DNA of 64,000 nt from Felis catus (lineage: Eukaryota), in contig NC_058368.1 in the NCBI RefSeq assembly GCF_018350175.1, positions 99,946,001 to 100,010,000 on the forward strand, read 5' to 3'. The translations under genes were made by a program, and so were the position numbers. Under the pieces are notes generated by a model. The model worked only from the letters and a program-made list of their open reading frames with translations. It searched no databases and had not been told where the DNA came from. Shown piece by piece: positions 57,728 through 64,000 of this stretch; the stretch's first letter is position 1; each line of letters opens with the position of its first letter.

Positions 57728-57819
57728 AAATTTTACACTCTTAAATCATGTCATTGGTTTTGGTTTACATTCATTTTCACTATTTATTATTATATTATCA
57801 TTTAAAGTAATAGGTTTTG

Positions 57820-58030
57820 TGGAGTGCTTACTCTGTCCCTAGCATTATGCCAAGAACTTTATGGAAATTATCACATTTCAGCTCCACGAGAATCGAATTC
57901 AAGAGGTACTCTTATGATCTTCATTTTATAGATGAGAAAACTGAGGCTTAGGAAGGGTTTCTTGGTATGGTTACCAGAAGAATTTAAGCCCTTCCCAGAT
58001 CTGATTCCTGAACTCATGCTTAGCTACAAA
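57820..58030. mobile_element. MIR relic
   Basis: cattttatagatgagaaaactgaggcttagg MIR core. Confidence 0.7.
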
Positions 58031-58313
58031 TTTAGACTGCTTGAATAAAAAACATGATGATACCACTCAAAATCTCATTTTAATGACTATTGTTGATAAA
58101 ATATTAATTTTAAGTTAAACAATAAACAGGAAAATGAAATTCCTAAAATGCAGAAAGATGATTGCTTTATTGAGCAAAACTATTGTTAAATCTTGACCCT
58201 TTCAGAGTATTACCATCAGCAATTTACACCAGATTCATAAACATCCTGTACCAAAGATCAGAGCAAATTTTTCTATTCAATCTCAGCTTATTCTATAGTA
58301 ATAGATGCTTTAT

Positions 58314-61300
58314 GGAAGATGGCGGCATAGGATGATGCTGGGCTCGCCTTGTCCTGCTAATCGCTTAGATTCCACCCACAACGGCCTAAACAACCCAGAA
58401 AACTGCCAGAAGACTAGTAGAATGGACTCTCTGGAGCCAAGCATAGACAAGAGGCCAACGGAAGAGGGTAGGAAGGGCCAAGAGGCAGTGCATGATACTC
58501 CCTGGGCAGTGGAGGGACAGCCCACCCAGCAAGGCAAGCCCCCAAACTCTGGCTTGCAAAAGTGGAGAGGCCAAACTCCATGAGTTCTAACAGCCAGTGA
58601 GACTTACCATCTGGAACATTAAAAGTCAACAGCTCTGCACTCGGGAGAGTGGGGAGGGTGAGAGGACACCAGGAGGGAGAGTTGTTGAGCCCCAGAAGAC
58701 AGAGGTCAGCTCAGCAGGGGAACAAAGGCGCTGGCAAGCGCCATCTCCCTCTCCCATCCCCCAGCCGAAATTCCAAAGGGAACCAGTTCCTGTCACCGAA
58801 CTTGCTGGCACCGCGCAAAGGCCCAACACTGTGCTTCTGTGGATCCATCCCTCTGACAGGCCTACCTCCCTCCCTCCCTCCCAGTGCTGCAGAGCCCCTC
58901 CCGCAAGGGACCACTCATGGTGAAGCAAGCTAAGCCTGCCCTTCCCACCCCTGTGCACCTTGTGGATCCATCATCTAATATGCCAGATCTCATCAAAGCA
59001 GCACCAGAAGCCTGGCAGTGCGCAAGTAGCCCAGACAAGGGCCACACCACTCCACAGTGAGTCCTTCCCCTGGGAGAGGGGAAGATAATGTACACACCAG
59101 TCTGACTGTGGCCCCAGTGGTGGGCTGCGGGCAGATATCAGGTCTGACTGTGGCCCCGCCCACCAACACAAGTTACTCCCGACAGCACAGGGGAAGTGCC
59201 CACAATTTGGAGCCACCACAAGGACTACCCAAAATGACAAAACAGAAGAATTCTCTTCAAAAGAAACTCTAGGAAGCAGCAACAGATAACGAATTGATGA
59301 AAAACAATTTAAGCAATATAATGCAAAAAGAATTTAAAATAATAGTCATAAAATTAATAGCTGGGCTAGAAAAAAGCATAGAGGACAGCAAAGAATCTAT
59401 TGCTACAGAGATCAAGGGACAAAGAAATAGTTATGAGGAGCTAAAAAATGCTATAAATGAGGTGCAAAATAAAATGGAGGCAACCACAGCTCGGATTGAA
59501 GAGGCAGAGAAGAGAATAGGTGAATTAGAAGATAAAATTATGGAAAAAGAGGAAGCTGAGAAAAAGAGAGATAAAAAAATCCAGGAGTATAAGGGGAGAA
59601 TTAGAGAACTAAGTGATGCATTCAAATGAAATAATATCCGTATCATAGGAATTCCAGAAGAAAAAGAGAGAGAGAAAGGGGCTGAAGGTGTACTTGAACA
59701 AATCATAGCTAAGAACTTCCCTGATCTGGGGAAGGAAAAAGGCATTGAAATCCAAGAGGCACAGAGAACTCCCTTCAGACGTAACTTGAGTCGATCTTCT
59801 GCATAACATATCATAGTGAAACTAGCAAAATACAAGGATAAAGAGAGAATTCTGAAAGCAGCTAGGGATAAACGGGACTTAACATACACAGGTAGACACA
59901 TAAGGGTAGGAGCAGACCTATCTACTGAAACTTGGCGGGCCAGAAAGGAATGGCAGGAAATCTTCAAAGTGATGAACAGAAAAAATATGCAGCTGAGAAT
60001 CCTTTATCCATCAAGTCTGTCATTCAGAATAGAAGGAGAGATAAAGGTTTTCCCAAACAAACAAAAACTGAAGGAATTCATCACCACTAAACCAGACCTA
60101 CAAGACATCCTAAGGGAGATTTTGTGAGTGGAATATTGCAAGGACCACAAAGTACCAGAGACACCACTACAAGCATGAAACCTACAGACATCACAATGAC
60201 TCTAAACCCATATCTTTCAACAATAACACTGAATGTAAATGGACTAAATGCTCCAACCAAAAGACACAAGGTATAAGAATGGATAAAAAAACAAGACCCA
60301 TCTATTTGCTGTCTACAAGAGACTCATTTTAGACCTGAGGATACGTTCAGATTGAAAGTGAGGGGATGGAAAACTATCTATCATGCTACTGGAAGTCAAA
60401 AGAAAGCTGGAGTAGCCATACTAATATCAGACAAACTAGACTTTAAATTAAAGGCTGTAACAAGAGATGAAGAAGGGCATTATATAATAATCACAGGGTC
60501 TATGCATCAGGAAGAGCTAACAATTATAAATGTCTATGCACCAAATTTGATGCACCCAAATGTATAAAACAATTAATCACAAACATAAGTAACCCTATTG
60601 ATAACAATGTGGTAATTGCAGGGGAATTTAATACTCTACTCACAACAATTAATAGATCATCTAGACAGAGAATCAGTAAAGAAACAATGGCCCTGAATGA
60701 TACATTGGATCAGATGGACTTGACAGATATATTTAGAAGTCTATATCCCAAAGCAACAGAATATATTTTCTTCTCAAGTGCACATGGAACATTCTCCAAG
60801 ACAGATCACATACTGGGTCACAAAACAGCCCTTAATAAGTATAAAAGAATTGAGATCATATCATGCACACTTTCAGACCACAATGCTATGAAACTTGAGA
60901 TCAACCACAGGAAAAACTCTAGAAAACCTCCAAAAGCATGGAGGTTAAAGAACACCCTACTAAAGAATGAATGGGTCAACCAGAAAATTAGAGAAGAAAT
61001 TAAAAAATATATGGAAACAAATGAAAATGAAAATATAACAATCCAAATGCTTCGGGATGCAGCGAAGGCATGTATTTTCCTGAGAGGAAAATACATTGTT
61101 AATCCAGGTCTATCTCACGAAATAAGAAAAATCCCAAATACAAAATCTAACAGCACACCTAAAGGAACTAGAAGCAGAACGGCAAAGACACCCCAAACCC
61201 AGCAGAAGAGAAATAATAAAGATCAGAGCAGAAATAAACAATATAGAATCTAAAAAAAATTGTAGAGCAGATCAATGAAACCAAGAGTTGGTTTTTTGAA

Positions 61301-64000
61301 AAAAGAAACAAAATTGATAAACTTTTAGCCAGGCTTCTCAAAAACAAAGGGAGATGAACCAAATAGATAAAATCATGAATAAATTTGCAATTATTTCAAT
61401 CAATCCCTCAGAAATACAAGCAATTATCAGAGAATACTATGAAAAATTATATGCAAAACAAACTAGAAAACCTGGAAGAAATGGACAAATTCCTAAGTGC
61501 CCACCCACTTACAAAACTCAAACAGGAAGAAACCGAAAACTTGAAAAGACCCATAACCAGCAAAGAAATTGAATCAGTTATCAAAAATCTCCCAACAAAT
61601 AAGAGTCCAGAACCAGATGGCTTCCCTGGGGAATTCTACCAGACATTAAAGCAGAGGTAATACCTATCCTTCTCAAGCTGTTCCAACAAAAAGAAAGGGA
61701 AGGAAAACTTCCAGACTCATTCTATGAAGCCAGCATTACCTTGATTCCTAAACCAGACAGGACCCAGCAAAAAAAGAGAACTACAGGCCAATATCCCTGA
61801 TGAATATGGATGCAAAAATTCTCAATAAGATACTAGCAAATCGAATTCAACAGCATATAAAAAGAATTATTCACCACGATCAAGTGGGATTCATTCCTGG
61901 GCTGCAGGCCTGGTTCAACATTCGCAAATCAATCAATGTGATACATCACACTAATAAAAGAAAAGAATCATATGATCCTGTCAATCGATGCAGATAAAGC
62001 ATTTGACAGAATTCAGCCTTCTTTCTTAATAAAAAACCTCGGGAAACTCGGGATAGAAGGAACATACTTAAACATCATAAAAGCGATTTATGAAAAGCCC
62101 ACAGCTAATATCATCCTCAATGGGGAAAAACTGAGAGCTTTCCCCCTGAGATCAGGAACACAACAGGTATGTCCACTCTCACTGCTCTTGTTTAAATAGT
62201 GTCAGATTCTAGGATCAGCAATCAGACAACAAAAGGAAATCATAGGCATCAAAATTGGCACAGATGAAGTCAAGCTTTCGCTTTTCGCAGATGACATGAT
62301 ACTATACATGGAAAACCCAACAGACTCCACCAAAAGTCTACTAGAACTGATACATGAATTCAGCAAAGTCACAGGCTACAAAATTAATCTACAGAAGTCA
62401 GTTGCATTCTTATACACTAATAATGAAGCAACAGAAAGACAAATAAAGAAACTGATCCCATTCACATTTGCACCAACAAGCTTAAAATACCTAGGAATAA
62501 GCCTAACCAAAGATGTAAAAGATCTGTATGCTGAAAACTATAGAAAGCTTATGAAGGAAATTGAAGAAGATATAAAGAAATGGAAAAACATTCCGTGCTC
62601 ATGTAATGGAAGAATAAATATTGATAAAATGTCAAAACTTCCCAAGCAATCTACACATTCAACGCAATCCCAATCAAAATTACACCAGCATTCTTCTCAA
62701 AGCTAGAACAAGCAATCCTAAAATTCATATGGAACCACAAAAGGCCCCGAATAGCCAATGTAATATTGAAGAAGACCAAAGCGGGAGGCATCACAATCCC
62801 AGACTTTAGCCTCTACTACAAAGCTGTAATCATCAAGACAGCATGGTATTGGCACAAAAACAGACACATAGACCAATGGAATAGAATAGAGACTCCAGAA
62901 TTGGACCCACAAAAGTATGGCCAACTCATCTTTGACAAAGCAGGAAAGAATATCCAATGGAAAAAGGACAGTCTCTTTAACAAATGGTGCTGGGAGAACT
63001 GGACAGCAACATGCACAAGATTGAAACTAGACCACTTTCTCACACAATTCACAAAAATAAAATCAAAATGGATGAAGGACCTGAATGTGAGACAGGAAAC
63101 CATCAAAACCCTAGAGGAGAAAGCAGGAAAAAACCTCCCTGACCTCAGCCACAGCAATTTCTTACTTGACACATCTCCAAAGGCAAGGGAATTAAAAGCA
63201 AAAATGAACTATTGGGACCTCATGAAGATAAAAAGCTTCTGCACAGCAAAGGAAACAACCAACAAAACTAAAAGGCAACCAACGGAATGGGAAAAGATAT
63301 TTGCAAATGACATATCAGACAAAGGGCTAGTATCCAAAATCTATAAAGAGCTCACCAAAATCCCCACCCGAAAAACAAATAACCCAGTGAAGAAATGGGC
63401 AGAAAACATGATTAGACACTTCTCTGAAGAAGACATCTGGATGGCCAACAGGCACATGAAAAGATGCTCAACGTCACTCCTCATCAGGGAAATACAAATC
63501 AAAACCACACTCAGATATCACCTCACGCCAGTCAGACTGGCCAAAATGAACAAATCAGGAGACTATAGATGCTGGAGAGGATGTGGAGAAACAGGAACCC
63601 TCTTGCACTGTTGGTGGGAATGCAAATTGGTGCAGCTACTCTGGAAAACAGTGTGGAGGTTCCTCAAAAAATTAAAAGTAGACCTACTCTATGACCCAGC
63701 AATAGCACTGCTAGGAATTTACCCAAGGGATACAGGAGTACTGATGCATAGGGGCACTTGTACCCCAATGCTTATAGCAGCACTCTCAACAATAGTCAAA
63801 TTATGGAAAGAGCCTAAATGTCCATCAACGGATGTATGGATAAAAAAATTGTGGTTTATATACACAATGGAGTACTACGTGGCAATGAGAAAGAATGAAA
63901 TACGGCCCTTTGTAGCAACATGGATGGAACTGGAGAGTGTGATGCTAAGTGAAATAACCCATAATGAGAAAGACAGATACCATATGGTTTCACTCTTATG
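58314..64000 (+). mobile_element. Near full-length feline L1 (5'UTR, ORF1 ~59234-60127, ORF2 from ~60196), inactivated; runs off the window
   Basis: GC-rich 5'UTR starting ggaagatggcggc; ORF1p coiled-coil and C-terminal fragments; ORF2p endonuclease (TLNVNGLNAP), RT (FADDMILY) and C-terminal region. Premature stops (59270-59272, 59627-59629) and multiple ORF2 frameshifts. Confidence 0.96.

Noticed and set aside
58305..59282. Cluster of overlapping ORFs on both strands
   Set aside because: GC-rich L1 5'UTR; no support for independent coding.

Overview
AT-rich, repeat-dense mammalian genomic DNA, almost certainly from a felid (many feline-type SINEC_Fc/Can-SINE copies plus carnivore L1s). There is no prokaryotic-type system and no multi-exon gene I can identify. 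The standout feature is a young, apparently full-length, intronless retrocopy of the cytosolic seryl-tRNA synthetase mRNA (SARS1) at 23749-25633. It has an uninterrupted 513-codon ORF, 5' and 3' UTRs, AATAAA, a pure poly(A) tail and a perfect 15-bp target-site duplication at an L1-endonuclease TTT/AAAAA site, so it is a candidate retrogene or polymorphic retroCNV. The rest comprises a near full-length but inactivated L1 (58.3-64 kb), several older L1 fragments (one 5'-inverted by twin priming), two clean solo LTRs, about 24 SINEs, MER/MIR/L2 relics and microsatellites. Other points of note are a near-perfect 38-bp-arm hairpin at 56564-56646, several template-switch-like microrearrangements, putative enhancer motif clusters, and a strand bias of insertions that hints at an unidentified minus-strand host gene. 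Repeat family names and comparisons with human SARS1 come from memory, not from a database search.
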